Below are positions 1 through 11,902 of a DNA stretch of 52,850 bases, one piece after another. Numbering within the stretch: the stretch's first letter is position 1; each line of letters starts with the position of its first letter. The DNA is from Candidatus Eiseniibacteriota bacterium (GTDB lineage: Bacteria > Eisenbacteria > RBG-16-71-46 > DASYSL01). Location of the stretch: the NCBI GenBank assembly GCA_046598045.1, contig JBKJJJ010000012.1, positions 1 through 52,850 on the forward strand. Direction: 5' to 3'. The position numbers and the translations under genes are program-made. The notes beneath the pieces are model-generated. The model did no database searches. It had not been told where the DNA came from and worked only from the letters and a program-made list of their open reading frames with translations.

Positions 1-429
1 GAACGGCTCGCGCTCGCGGAGCGCTTCGGCGCCGAGCCGCTCCACCGGGACGGCGACCTCCCCGGCGCGGTGCGCGACGCGACCGAGGGGCGCGGCGCCG
101 ACGCCGTGCTCGAAGCCGTCGGCAGCGCGGTCGCCTCGCGCCTCGCGTTCGACCTCGTGCGCGCGGGCGGTGTCGTGTCGATCGTGGGGGTACATCACGA
201 AAGCGCCTTCGCCTTCTCGCCGGTCGAAGCGTACGACCGGAACCTCACCCTGCGCATCGGCCGCTGCCCGGCGCGGTCGCTCATGGATGAACTGCAGGGT
301 TTGCTGCGCCGTCGGGCGGACCTGGGCGCGATCGTCACGCACGTGCTCCCGCTCACCGAGGGAGCGGAGGCCTACGAGCGCTTCGACCTCAAGCAGGACG
401 GCTACATCAAGGTGGCCTTCGCTCCTTAG
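1..429 (+). CDS. Zinc-binding (MDR family) alcohol dehydrogenase, C-terminal part; 5' end outside window
   Basis: Frame 1 is open from base 1 (ERLALAERFGAEPL...TEGRGADAVLEAVG...GGVVSIVG...IVTHVLPL...AYERFD...KVAF), typical of an MDR C-terminal half. Confidence 0.85.
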   Translation, partial: ERLALAERFGAEPLHRDGDLPGAVRDATEGRGADAVLEAVGSAVASRLAFDLVRAGGVVSIVGVHHESAFAFSPVEAYDRNLTLRIGRCPARSLMDELQGLLRRRADLGAIVTHVLPLTEGAEAYERFDLKQDGYIKVAFAP

Positions 430-474
430 CCCCGACGCACCACCAGTCGGGACGCCGATGCGCTCCCTGGGCGA

Positions 475-1182
475 CTACCGGTGATAGGTCGCGCGGACGC
501 GGCCCCACGACGTCTGCTTCGCGGGCGTGAAGCACTTCGTGTAATCGATTTGGGCGGTGAAGATCGCGCCTGCGACCCCGCATCCGGCATCGCGATCGTA
601 GACGTACAGATGATTCTTCCCGCAGCGGAGCGACGAGGTGATGTCGACGATGATCCCCTGCTCCGTCGTGTAGCCCCCGCCCGCGATCGGCAACCCGACG
701 CCGTTCAAGTAGACGCCGAGCGGGTTCGGCCCGGGGAAGCTGCCCGAGTCGCCCAGGAGATCGTCGGCCATCCAGCAGAAGTAGATCCGCGCGTACTCGA
801 TGCAACATGGGTCCGTCTCGTCCACCGTGAACGGAATCGAATAAAGCGCCGAGCGCTGCTTCCGATTCTGATCGATGGAGATCCAGTTTGCGGCCGGGTC
901 GCACTGCAGCGACGCAGTCCAAGCGCTGCTCGGCGTGACCGACCAGGCCTGCGGCCCGGCGTCGGCGGCCGCGAAGTCCGCGGCGGTGAAGGCTGCCGGG
1001 AACGGCGTCGTACACGAATTGTTCGGCTCGACCAGGAACGTGATCGTCGGATCTTGCGCCGGGGGCGTTACGTTGCCGCTGCGCAGTACGATACTCGTGG
1101 CCCCGGAGTCGGACGTCCCGGCCAGGAGCCAGGCGCCGGCGAGGCCGACGACGAGGGCGCGTCGGATCGAGCAAGGGGACAT
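475..1182 (-). CDS. Secreted Cys-rich beta-sandwich (jelly-roll-like) protein ending in TPAKQTSWGRVRATYHR
   Basis: ATG at 1182 preceded by AAGAAGGA; signal peptide MSPCSIRRALVVGLAGAWLLAG; ADD...VYLNG...LRCGKNHL pattern resembling galactose-binding-like domains; SWG tail. Confidence 0.75.
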   Translation of the reverse strand: MSPCSIRRALVVGLAGAWLLAGTSDSGATSIVLRSGNVTPPAQDPTITFLVEPNNSCTTPFPAAFTAADFAAADAGPQAWSVTPSSAWTASLQCDPAANWISIDQNRKQRSALYSIPFTVDETDPCCIEYARIYFCWMADDLLGDSGSFPGPNPLGVYLNGVGLPIAGGGYTTEQGIIVDITSSLRCGKNHLYVYDRDAGCGVAGAIFTAQIDYTKCFTPAKQTSWGRVRATYHR

Positions 1183-1373
1183 GATGGAGTCCTTCTTCGA
1201 GGGATGAGGAGGTCGCATCGGCGGCCGGGCCCGGAGGCAGGTCCCGTCCAGTACGAGGGCGGTGACTCTGCGGTAACTCATCCACAAATGGAAGGGGAAT
1301 TCGACGGATCCAGCCGGTGTGCCTCCGCCACACGGCTGAACACGATCGTTGGACCCACGGAAGGAAGCGGACG

Positions 1374-1979
1374 ATGCCGCCTGCCAAGTTCGATGAAGAG
1401 GCCGTCCTCGCGCGGGCGAAGATCCCAGCGGGTGTCCGGGTTGGAGTGATCGGGAGCGCGGCCTTCCGGCATAAGGAGAGCGAGCAAACCTGTGCCGAAA
1501 TCGGCGAGCGCCTCGCGGCCCTCGACAGTCTGGTCCTGCTTACCGGGGGAGTCTCCGGCGTCGGCGAGTGCATAGGCCGGGGATTTGAGAAGGGCCGCCT
1601 CAACTTGGGGCTGACGTCCCGCGTGATTCACGTCCTGCCGCGCGGCTACGATGCATGGGACTACGGCAGCACGCTCTTCGCCGGCGATGACCTGAGGGAG
1701 CGCCGCGAGATTCTCGGCCGACTCGCCAGGGCATTCGTCGTCGTCGAGGGCGGGCCCGGGACGGAACACGAGGCGATGGTTGCAGCAGCGCATGGTGCGG
1801 TGCTCGTCCCCGTGGGGCGTTCGGGGGGGCATGCCGGGGCTCTCTACCCTGGACTCATGCGACCTCCCTTTGTCGATGCGCGAGCCTGGGAAACACTCGG
1901 CGATCCCGAGGCGGTCCCTCAGACGGTCGCCACGGCGGTAGCAGAAATCGTTGACTCGTATGTTCGGCACGGCGTCTAG
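1374..1979 (+). CDS. SLOG/LOG-like Rossmann-fold nucleotide-binding protein
   Basis: VGVIGS, LLTGGVSGVG, ERREIL and VEGGPGTEHE match the LOG/DprA (SLOG) PGGxGTxxE signature; ATG at 1374 after GGAAGGAAG. Confidence 0.75.
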   Translation: MPPAKFDEEAVLARAKIPAGVRVGVIGSAAFRHKESEQTCAEIGERLAALDSLVLLTGGVSGVGECIGRGFEKGRLNLGLTSRVIHVLPRGYDAWDYGSTLFAGDDLRERREILGRLARAFVVVEGGPGTEHEAMVAAAHGAVLVPVGRSGGHAGALYPGLMRPPFVDARAWETLGDPEAVPQTVATAVAEIVDSYVRHGV

Positions 1980-2203
1980 ATCGCGTCCCGCAGCTTACGG
2001 CCCGCGTTCGACGAGTGGAGCCAGGACCATCGACCGGAAAGCGCGCCAACGCGTTGCAGGGCAAGGGCCGACTCTCCTTGGACGCGGTCCGGACCGCGTC
2101 GGCAGGGGATTTGCCGAAAATTCCGTGAGCCTTTCCGCCCGGAACTATTGCTGAGATCATTGGCCGCTCCACTCCCCCGATGGCCCGAATTCGAGGTGCC
2201 GCG

Positions 2204-2407
2204 ATGATCCGCTTCGTCCTTGCCTCTCTGCTTCTCATGGCCGTCCCCGTCTCCGCCCAGTCGATCCGCGACGATCTGTGGGTCACGAATGGCTTCGTCT
2301 ACACGAACACGATCCTGGGCAGCACGATGTACATCGGCGGCCAGTTCACGCGCATCGGCCCCGCCACCGGCAACTTCATGCCGGTCGACGCCACAAGAAC
2401 ATACTAG
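2204..2407 (+). pseudogene. Truncated N-terminus of a secreted beta-propeller-type protein
   Basis: RBS GAGGTG, signal peptide MIRFVLASLLLMAVPVSA, then WVTNGFVY...MYIGGQFTRIGPATG (a single repeat unit) and an abrupt stop after 67 aa. Confidence 0.55.
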
Positions 2408-2478
2408 AGATACGGCGCGCGCCAGCCTGGCCCCTTGACGAGTGGGTGCGGGCGCCGACGCTGGTGTACAGTCCGCCG

Positions 2479-4761
<2,283 letters not shown>

Positions 4762-4793
4762 CCGGGCGGTGCGGACCGCCGGCCGGAACGCAA

Positions 4794-4827
4794 ACGGGCC
4801 CGGCGGCAATGTCTCCGCCGGGCCCGT
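4794..4827. terminator. Perfect 13-bp GC stem-loop between convergent genes
   Basis: ACGGGCCCGGCGG / CCGCCGGGCCCGT with an 8-nt loop; short T-run on the minus strand. Confidence 0.65.
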
Positions 4828-4848
4828 CGCGTTCGATTGCAAGCGAGT

Positions 4849-7518
4849 TCAGGCGGCTTTCGCCTCCGACTCCCCATCCTCTTCGCTGGTGACGAGCGCG
4901 ATCGCATCCTGCACGCTCGCGGTCATCTTCCGTTCCTCGCGCAGCCCGTCGATCATCGCCTCCGCCTGCTTGAGCAGGAAGCGCAGTGAGCTGACGCGCT
5001 CGACCGCCTGGTCCACGAGCGTCTGCTGCCCCTGCAGCGACTCGAGGCTCGAGCGCACGTCGACGAGAAATCCCTCGGCGCGCGCGAGGCGGTCTTCCGC
5101 CCGCGTCATCTGGCGCTCGCGCTCTTCCAGAGCGCCGCCGATCTCCTTGATCTCCTGCAGTCGGCCCTGGACCTCCTGCAACAGCGTGCGGCTCTCGGCG
5201 ATCTCCCGATGCGCCGAGGTGATGGTGCGCACGTCGGCGCACGTCGTCTCGGCGATCGTGAACATGCGGTCGAGGTCGCCCTGCAGCGCCTGCACCGTGC
5301 CCTGGCGCGAGGCGATCTGCTCGAGCGCGCGCGAAACCTCCTGGTCGACGTGCTCCCACTTCGCGAGGCGCCCCTCGAACTGGCCGAATCGCGTGTCGAC
5401 AAGGCCGAGAGTCGTGACGCGCTGCTCGAGTTGCGTGGACAGCTCGTCGACATGCGCCGCACGCTTCTCGGCGGTCGACAGCGACCTGCCGAGCCGCTTC
5501 GCGAGTTCCTCGAGCGTCTGTGCGGCCTCGGCCGCCTCCTGCCGCAGCTGGGAGGCCTGTTGCAGGTTCCTGCCCGCCTCGGTGAGCGCGAGCTGGCGCT
5601 GATCGAGCTCCAGGCGCAGCGTCTCGGTGCGGCCCGCGAGTTCGTCGATCGACCCGCAGCGCGACTCGATCGCCGCCACGGACTTCACGATCTCCTCGGT
5701 GCGGTGCGTGCTCTCGAGCACGGTGGAGCGAACGGTCGCGATCGTGGCGCCGATGCGATCCGCCTCCTCGGCGTGCTCGTTCAGGTTGAGGAACCGCTTC
5801 TCGGCGGCGTCCATGCGCGTCTTGAGATCGCGGCTACGCTCGTCGAGGTCCGTGCCCAGCGCGCCGCACTCGGTGAGGCGGCGGTTGAGGTCCTCGACGA
5901 AGTCGCGGCGCGTCTCGATCGAGCTCATGGACTCGGTGATGCGCGCGGTCTGCTGCTGCGCGAACTCGAGCGTCGGAGCGAGGTCCGAGAGCGCGCCGAC
6001 CTGGCCGCGCAACTCGTTGAGCGAGCGCTCGGCGGCGTTCAGCCACGAGCGCGTCTCCGCCTGGGCCTTGAGCATGCGCGCGAGCTCGTCGTGCGCGACC
6101 CGCGCCTGCTCGAGCGTGTCCGCAACCAGGGCGTTCGTGCTGCCGAGCTGCGCGACGCCCTGCAGCACGGCATCGACGGCCGGGCGCGCCTCGGTGATGC
6201 GCGTGACCTCGGCGGCGAGCTCACGCGTCGTCTTGCCCGCCTCGTCGACGTCGCGACGGAGCGCGGCCAGCTTCTGGACCTCCTCCGCGATGTGCGAGGT
6301 CTCCTCCCTGAGGTCCTTCACCTGCGGCGAGAGCGCGTGCGTCAGCGAGTTCAGGTCCTTGACGGTCTGGCTCGACTGGCTGAGGTCCTTGAAGCGGGCC
6401 TCGAACTCGGCCAATGCGCCGCGCATGTCGGCGACCCGCTGGCTGACGGTCTCGAGTCCACGGCTCTCGAACTCGAAGCGCTCGATCGCATTCTGCATTT
6501 CGCCGCGCGAGGCCGCGAGTGCGTCGCGGATCGCCCCGGTCTGCTCGTGCGTCCGGTGCTGGAGCTCGGTGGCGTCGCTCGAGCGCTCGAGCACTTCCTC
6601 GTGCAACGCCTGGAGCGCCGCGATGCGCTCCTGCATGGCGCCGAGCGCCTTCTCGTTCGCCTCCTGCTGGCGCACGCCGGCGTCGATCTGCTTCATCGCG
6701 CGCTCGAGCAGGTCGGCCTGGGAGAGTGCGCGCTCCACGACGTCGCGCTGCGCCTCGAGCGAGGCGGTCTTCTGCGCGACCGAGTCGGTGAGCGTCTTGA
6801 GCGATCCCATCGTGCGCTTGACCTCTTCGACGGATTGCCGAATGGCGGTCATCTCGCGCACGGCGCGGTCGACGTCGAGCACGCGCCGCTCCTTGTCCTG
6901 CAGGTCCCTGCTCAACTCCTCGCGGCGCCGGTCGAGCGCCTCCATCTTCGAGGTGGCGAGCTTGTTCGCGTCCATGAGGCGGTCCTGCTGCTCGCGCAGG
7001 CGGCCGAGGTGGTCGGTCGTGCCCTCGAGCTGGCTGCGAACGGAGTCGGCCTCGCCCTGCAGGAGCTTGAACGGCTTCTCGACTTCGAGGAACGCTTCGA
7101 GGCGTTGCTCGAGGCCGGCCGCGAACTCGACCTTCTGGCTCAGGCCCTCGAACACGGTGCGGATCTGCTGGGAGTCGGAGAGCACGGTCGCGAAGTGGGT
7201 CTCGGCCTGCTGCTGGCGATCCGCGAGGCCGCCCGCGAGCTCATCGAGCGACTGCACCTTCGAGGTGAGCGTGGCGATGGTCTCGAGGCGCTGCTCCGCA
7301 TCCGAGAGGCGCGTGGCCACGGCGGCGACCTGGCTCTCGGCGTTCGCCAGCGGCGCCGCGAGCTCGGTGAGGCGACCGGCGGCGCCTTCGCTGCCGGTCA
7401 GGAGCGCCTCGAAGCGCTCGCGTTCCTGGCGCATCTCCTGGAGGAGCGCGCGAATCTCGTCGGTGAGTTCCTTGTCCCGCGAGTTGTTGCCGAGAAGCCC
7501 CTTGAGCAGAGCGGCCAT
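4849..7518 (-). CDS. 889-aa long coiled-coil protein, function unknown
   Basis: Heptad-rich L/E/Q/R/A sequence over nearly the whole length, few Pro/Gly, no Walker A motif; RBS GAGGGAG upstream of ATG 7518. Confidence 0.85.
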   Translation of the reverse strand: MAALLKGLLGNNSRDKELTDEIRALLQEMRQERERFEALLTGSEGAAGRLTELAAPLANAESQVAAVATRLSDAEQRLETIATLTSKVQSLDELAGGLADRQQQAETHFATVLSDSQQIRTVFEGLSQKVEFAAGLEQRLEAFLEVEKPFKLLQGEADSVRSQLEGTTDHLGRLREQQDRLMDANKLATSKMEALDRRREELSRDLQDKERRVLDVDRAVREMTAIRQSVEEVKRTMGSLKTLTDSVAQKTASLEAQRDVVERALSQADLLERAMKQIDAGVRQQEANEKALGAMQERIAALQALHEEVLERSSDATELQHRTHEQTGAIRDALAASRGEMQNAIERFEFESRGLETVSQRVADMRGALAEFEARFKDLSQSSQTVKDLNSLTHALSPQVKDLREETSHIAEEVQKLAALRRDVDEAGKTTRELAAEVTRITEARPAVDAVLQGVAQLGSTNALVADTLEQARVAHDELARMLKAQAETRSWLNAAERSLNELRGQVGALSDLAPTLEFAQQQTARITESMSSIETRRDFVEDLNRRLTECGALGTDLDERSRDLKTRMDAAEKRFLNLNEHAEEADRIGATIATVRSTVLESTHRTEEIVKSVAAIESRCGSIDELAGRTETLRLELDQRQLALTEAGRNLQQASQLRQEAAEAAQTLEELAKRLGRSLSTAEKRAAHVDELSTQLEQRVTTLGLVDTRFGQFEGRLAKWEHVDQEVSRALEQIASRQGTVQALQGDLDRMFTIAETTCADVRTITSAHREIAESRTLLQEVQGRLQEIKEIGGALEERERQMTRAEDRLARAEGFLVDVRSSLESLQGQQTLVDQAVERVSSLRFLLKQAEAMIDGLREERKMTASVQDAIALVTSEEDGESEAKAA

Positions 7519-7639
7519 GATTTGCTCCCTCGACGCGCCGCCCGAGCGATCGGACCGGCTGCGTCATGAAATAGATGAGTCCGCGTGGTTGGTTCCAGGT
7601 CCCGGGGCCGCCAGTTCCCGGGGCGCCATCGGTGCACAT

Positions 7640-7655
7640 TGCAATTTGCGAGCCG
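7640..7655 (-). promoter_or_regulatory. Putative sigma54 (-24/-12) promoter for the coiled-coil gene
   Basis: Minus strand CGGCTCG-CAAA-TTGCA versus consensus TGGCACG-N4-TTGCW, with exact GG-N10-GC spacing, about 120 bp upstream of the ATG. Confidence 0.55.
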
Positions 7656-7948
7656 GGCGGGGGCGCCTCCGCAAGGTGCGGTATTGCAGCGTTGTAGGGA
7701 TCAGCGGTGCCGCGGCCGGCCTACCGCGAGGCAAGAAAGGAGACGCTTCGGAAGCCGGGTGCGCAGGATGTGGCCGATGGTCCACCCGCCGCGAACGCCG
7801 CGGCGCGACGGCCGGACGCACAGGTCGCAGCTCGCAGCGCAGACGTCTCACGCTCGCCGCGGGCTCGCAGATCCGAGGGCCGCGCGCAGCGCGTTCCGCG
7901 CGGCGTTTCGCTGGACCCTGACCGAGCCGGGATGGTATCGTTTTTCGG

Positions 7949-9175
7949 ATGAACTTTGCCGTCTTCAGGACCTACCCCCTGCGTTGGGTCGCGTTGGCGG
8001 CCGCACTCGCGAGCATCGGGATCACCTTCGCGCTGCGCCTCGATCCGATGATGAACCCCGACAGCATCGCGTTCATGGCGCTCGCCAAGTCGCTGCTTGC
8101 GGGCCACGGGCTTCGCTACCAGGAGCCCCTGATCCCCGGACTCGACCTCTTCGCATTTCGTGCCCCCGGTTACCCGATGTTCCTCGCGCTCGGGCTCGCG
8201 CTCGGCGGCGTCAGCACGGTCATCGCGCTGCAGGGGGCGCTCAACGGGCTGTCCGCGGCGCTCCTCGGCGACATCGCGAGGAAGCTCGGCGGGGGACCGG
8301 GGACCGCCTGGATGGCGTTCGCAATCCGCTTCGCTTCGCCCGCGGCGTGGAACCACTCGGGCCTCCTGCTGACGGAGATCCTCTACGAGTTTGCCTGCAT
8401 CCTCGCGACGTGGTTGTTGCTCGAGGGCATTGCCCGGCGGCGGCTCTCCTGGTGCCTGGCCGCGGCGGCCACTACCGTGATCGCGATCCTGTGCCGTCCC
8501 GTCGGCCTGGGGCTTGCGCTCGGGCTTGGGATTTGGCTCCTCTTCAAGTTCCCCCGCGCCGCCCTGGCCTACGGCGTGGCGACGGTCCTGCTGTGGGCCC
8601 CGTGGCCCATCCGCAACGCCCGCGTGCTCCACGCCATGATCCCGTTCACGACCAACGGCGGCGCCACGGCGTGGGCCGGCACGACCGACGGGGACGTGCG
8701 GCCGGCCTATGACTGGATGGGGGCGAACGTGCAGCTCGGCGAGGTGGGATTCGATCGGCACTTCCGGCAGCTGGCGCTGGAGAACACGCGGAAGGATCCA
8801 GGGGCCGCGGTCCGGGCGATCCTCGGCCGGGGGCTGGTCTACCTGGGGCCGATCCGCGGCCGCTCGGCAGATCTCTGGGTCCAGCGATTTGCCATGCTGG
8901 GGGCCCTCGCGGCGCTTGCCCTGGGTTTGTTCCGGAGCCGATTGCTGCTGCCATCGTTGATCTGGGCCGCGCAGGGAGCGATCATGCTGCCCATCTATCT
9001 TATTGAGCGCTATCGCTTCCCGACGGACTGGTGCGTCATACTCGCGGCGGCGATCGGATTCTCCGGCCTCGCCGACCGGATCGGGCCAAGGCGCGGCAGC
9101 CTCGCGGTGGCGCTGGCGCTGCTGGCTTGTATCGCCTTTTCCTTCCTGCTGTCCCTGGGAATGGAGACCCGCTGA
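7949..9175 (+). CDS. GT-C fold (ArnT/PMT-like) multi-pass membrane glycosyltransferase
   Basis: Many TM segments; NPDS in the first loop, FRAPGYPMFL, LLTEILY, LCRP, WPIRNAR, ERYRFP motifs. Confidence 0.75.
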   Translation: MNFAVFRTYPLRWVALAAALASIGITFALRLDPMMNPDSIAFMALAKSLLAGHGLRYQEPLIPGLDLFAFRAPGYPMFLALGLALGGVSTVIALQGALNGLSAALLGDIARKLGGGPGTAWMAFAIRFASPAAWNHSGLLLTEILYEFACILATWLLLEGIARRRLSWCLAAAATTVIAILCRPVGLGLALGLGIWLLFKFPRAALAYGVATVLLWAPWPIRNARVLHAMIPFTTNGGATAWAGTTDGDVRPAYDWMGANVQLGEVGFDRHFRQLALENTRKDPGAAVRAILGRGLVYLGPIRGRSADLWVQRFAMLGALAALALGLFRSRLLLPSLIWAAQGAIMLPIYLIERYRFPTDWCVILAAAIGFSGLADRIGPRRGSLAVALALLACIAFSFLLSLGMETR

Positions 9176-9241
9176 GGCTGGCCCCGTCCGCGGCGTAAGC
9201 CGGTCCATGTCCACTCGCCCGGCCGGGGCGCGGGAGTCCCT

Positions 9242-10402
9242 GTGACGCAGGAAGCCAGGTTCGATTCCATCATCGTCGGGGGCGGCTTCTTCGGCGCCAG
9301 TCTCGCGGTGCACCTTCGGCGCGACCTGGGCCAGCGCGTCGGTCTGTTCGAGATGGGACCCGAACTGCTGCAGCGCGCGAGCTATGCGAACCAGGCGCGC
9401 GTGCACAACGGCTACCATTACCCGAGGTCGTTGCTCACCGCGCTGCGCTGTCGCGTGAACTTTCCGCGCTTCGTGAAAGATTACGGCGACTGCATCGTCG
9501 GGGATTTCGAGAAGTACTACGCGGTCGGCAGGACGTTTTCCAAGGTGACCGCCCTGCAGTTCCACCAGTTCTGCGAACGCGTGGGCGCCCCGATCAAGCG
9601 CGCCCCGGCGCACATTCGCAACCTGTTCGACTCCGACCTGGTGGAGGACGTGTTCTCCGTCCACGAGCTGGCCTTCGATGCCGTCAAGCTCAAGGAATGC
9701 ATGGTCAGAGACCTCGCGCGCTTCGAAGTCGACGTGCGCATGAACCGGGAAGTCGATTTGGTGAAGGCGGCGGGGGGCGGCGGGCTGGAGGTGACCTGCA
9801 CGGGTCCGCAGGGGCCGGAGCGGTTCGTCGGGACGTCGGTCTACAATTGTACGTACTCGCGGATCAATGGCTTGCTCGTCCGCTCCGGGCTTCCGCCGAT
9901 CCGACTCAAGCACGAGTTGACCGAGATGCCGCTGGTCGAGGTGCCCGACGAGGTGAGGGGTCGCGCGTTCACGCTCATGTGCGGGCCGTTCTTCTCGATC
10001 ATGCCGTTTCCGTCGCGCGGCCTGTACACGCTGTCGCACGTGCGCTACACGCCGCATGCCGAGTGGACGGACGATCCGAGCCTGCCCTGGCGCGATCCCT
10101 ATGCGCTCCTGGATGCGGCGTCGCGACACTCGAACTTTCCGCATATGATCCGCGATGCAAGCCGCTACATGCCGGCCCTGCGCGCGTGCCGGCAGGTGGA
10201 CTCGTTGTGGGAGGTGAAGACGGTGCTTCCGCGGAGCGAAGTGGACGACAGCCGGCCGGTGCTCTACCGACGGGATTGCGGCCTTCCCAACCTGACCAGC
10301 GTGCTGGGGGCGAAGATCGACAACATCTTCGACGTGCTCGAATTCGTCGGCGCGGCCTCTGGCGCCGCGAGCGGGCCCTTGCCCGGCGAAGTGAGGAACT
10401 GA
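9242..10402 (+). CDS. FAD-dependent oxidoreductase (DAO-like)
   Basis: N-terminal IVGGGFFG dinucleotide-binding motif; ASYANQARVHNGYHYPRS. Confidence 0.85.
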   Translation: MTQEARFDSIIVGGGFFGASLAVHLRRDLGQRVGLFEMGPELLQRASYANQARVHNGYHYPRSLLTALRCRVNFPRFVKDYGDCIVGDFEKYYAVGRTFSKVTALQFHQFCERVGAPIKRAPAHIRNLFDSDLVEDVFSVHELAFDAVKLKECMVRDLARFEVDVRMNREVDLVKAAGGGGLEVTCTGPQGPERFVGTSVYNCTYSRINGLLVRSGLPPIRLKHELTEMPLVEVPDEVRGRAFTLMCGPFFSIMPFPSRGLYTLSHVRYTPHAEWTDDPSLPWRDPYALLDAASRHSNFPHMIRDASRYMPALRACRQVDSLWEVKTVLPRSEVDDSRPVLYRRDCGLPNLTSVLGAKIDNIFDVLEFVGAASGAASGPLPGEVRN

Positions 10403-10405
10403 GCG

Positions 10406-11392
10406 ATGGCGTCCTCGGATTGCTTCGCCTCGGTCGTCGCGCCCCTTTACAACGATGCCGACATCGCCGAATCGTTCGTGCGCGATGTCCTGGCCGTCCT
10501 GAAGGAGCATTACGAAAACTACGAGCTCGTGCTCGTCGACGACGGCTCCACCGACGATACGGCGGACCGGGTCACCGCGATGCTGCAACAGGAGCGTTGT
10601 ATCCGGCTCGAGCGCCTGTCGCGCCGATTCGGTCGCGACGTGGCCATCTCCGCGGGACTCGACACGGTGATCGGCGACTTCATCGTGGTGCTGATCCCCG
10701 AGAGTGATCCGCCGGAGCTGATCCCGGAGTTCATCGACCGGTGCCGCAACGGCGCCGGGATCGTCTACGGCATTCGCGCGCGGCGCCCCGCCGAGCCCCT
10801 CTACCTATCCCTCGGGACCCGGCTGTTCTACTGGTACTTCAACCGGATCATCGGCGTCGACCTGCCCCGGAATTCCACGGACTACCGCGCCTACAGCCGG
10901 CAGAGCGTCAACGCCATCAATCGTATCAAGGATCGTCTGCGCTACCTGCGCACGTTCGGCGCCTACGTGGGCTTCGGCGGGCAGCCGCTGGTCTACGAGC
11001 CGCGCCCCCGGCGGCCGCGCACGCGGGGCCGGGGGCCGGGCGAGGCCCTCGCGCTCGCGATCAACATGACGGTGGCGAACTCCACGCAGCCCTTGCGGCT
11101 CATGAGCCTGTTGGGCCTGACGCTGAGCGCGCTGAGCGGGCTCCACCTGGTCTACGTGCTGCTGGCCCGCCTGCTCTCGGCGCACCTGGCCGAAGGCTGG
11201 ACCACGCAGCAGGTGTACGTCTCGCTGATGTTCATGGTCCTGTTCCTCATCCTCGCGGTGCTCTGCGAGTACGTGGGGCGGCTGCTCGGCGAGGTCATGG
11301 ATCGGCCGCTGTACTTTGTTCTCGAGGAACGTACGAGCTCGGTCCTGCTGGTGGACGATCAGCGCAAGAACGTGGTGACGCAGTCCGACTGA
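10406..11392 (+). CDS. GT2 polyprenol-phosphate glycosyltransferase (GtrB/ArnC-like) with two C-terminal TM helices
   Basis: VVAPLYND, LVDDGSTD, LSRRFGRDVAISAG, STDYR, C-terminal TMs then EYVGR...RPLY. Confidence 0.88.
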   Translation: MASSDCFASVVAPLYNDADIAESFVRDVLAVLKEHYENYELVLVDDGSTDDTADRVTAMLQQERCIRLERLSRRFGRDVAISAGLDTVIGDFIVVLIPESDPPELIPEFIDRCRNGAGIVYGIRARRPAEPLYLSLGTRLFYWYFNRIIGVDLPRNSTDYRAYSRQSVNAINRIKDRLRYLRTFGAYVGFGGQPLVYEPRPRRPRTRGRGPGEALALAINMTVANSTQPLRLMSLLGLTLSALSGLHLVYVLLARLLSAHLAEGWTTQQVYVSLMFMVLFLILAVLCEYVGRLLGEVMDRPLYFVLEERTSSVLLVDDQRKNVVTQSD

Positions 11393-11409
11393 GCGCACGG
11401 GAGGTCGTT

Positions 11410-11898
11410 TTGGCTGGTACCAGGGAATACTGCAGGATCGCGGACGATGTCGAACTGGGCGAGGGCGTCCAGATCCACGCCTTCGTGAACCTGTATGGTT
11501 GCCGCATTGGCGAGGGCACGAGGCTGGGGACGTTCGTCGAGGTGCAGAAGGGTGCCACGATCGGACGACTCTGCAAGATCTCGAGCCACACCTTCGTGTG
11601 CGAGGGCGTGGAGATCGAGGACCACGTGTTCGTCGGCCACGGCGTCATGTTCACCAACACCGTGCTCCCGCGCGCGGTGAACGCCGAAGGCGCGCTACAG
11701 AGTGAATCCGACTGGCAGATGCTGCGCACGCGCATCGAGCGCAACGTGTCGATCGGCTCGGGTTCGGTGATCCTGTGCGGCATCACGATCGGGCACGACG
11801 CCGTCATCGGAGCGGGGGCGGTGGTGACCCGGAGCGTTCCCGCCGGCGAGGTCTGGGTGGGCAACCCGGCGCGCTTCCTCAAGAAGGTCACGCCCTAG
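11410..11898 (+). CDS. Hexapeptide-repeat (LbH) sugar N-acetyltransferase, WbpD/WlbB-like
   Basis: TTG start after GGGAGG; IGEGTRLG, KISSHTFVCEGV, VGHGVMFTN, IGAGAVVTRSVP, GNPAR. Confidence 0.85.
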   Translation: MAGTREYCRIADDVELGEGVQIHAFVNLYGCRIGEGTRLGTFVEVQKGATIGRLCKISSHTFVCEGVEIEDHVFVGHGVMFTNTVLPRAVNAEGALQSESDWQMLRTRIERNVSIGSGSVILCGITIGHDAVIGAGAVVTRSVPAGEVWVGNPARFLKKVTP

Positions 11899-11902
11899 CG
11901 CC

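Noticed and set aside
4849..7518. Coiled-coil protein as SMC/SbcC, chemoreceptor or phage tape measure
   Set aside because: No Walker A/B, hinge, MCP hairpin signature or TM segments, and no phage genes nearby
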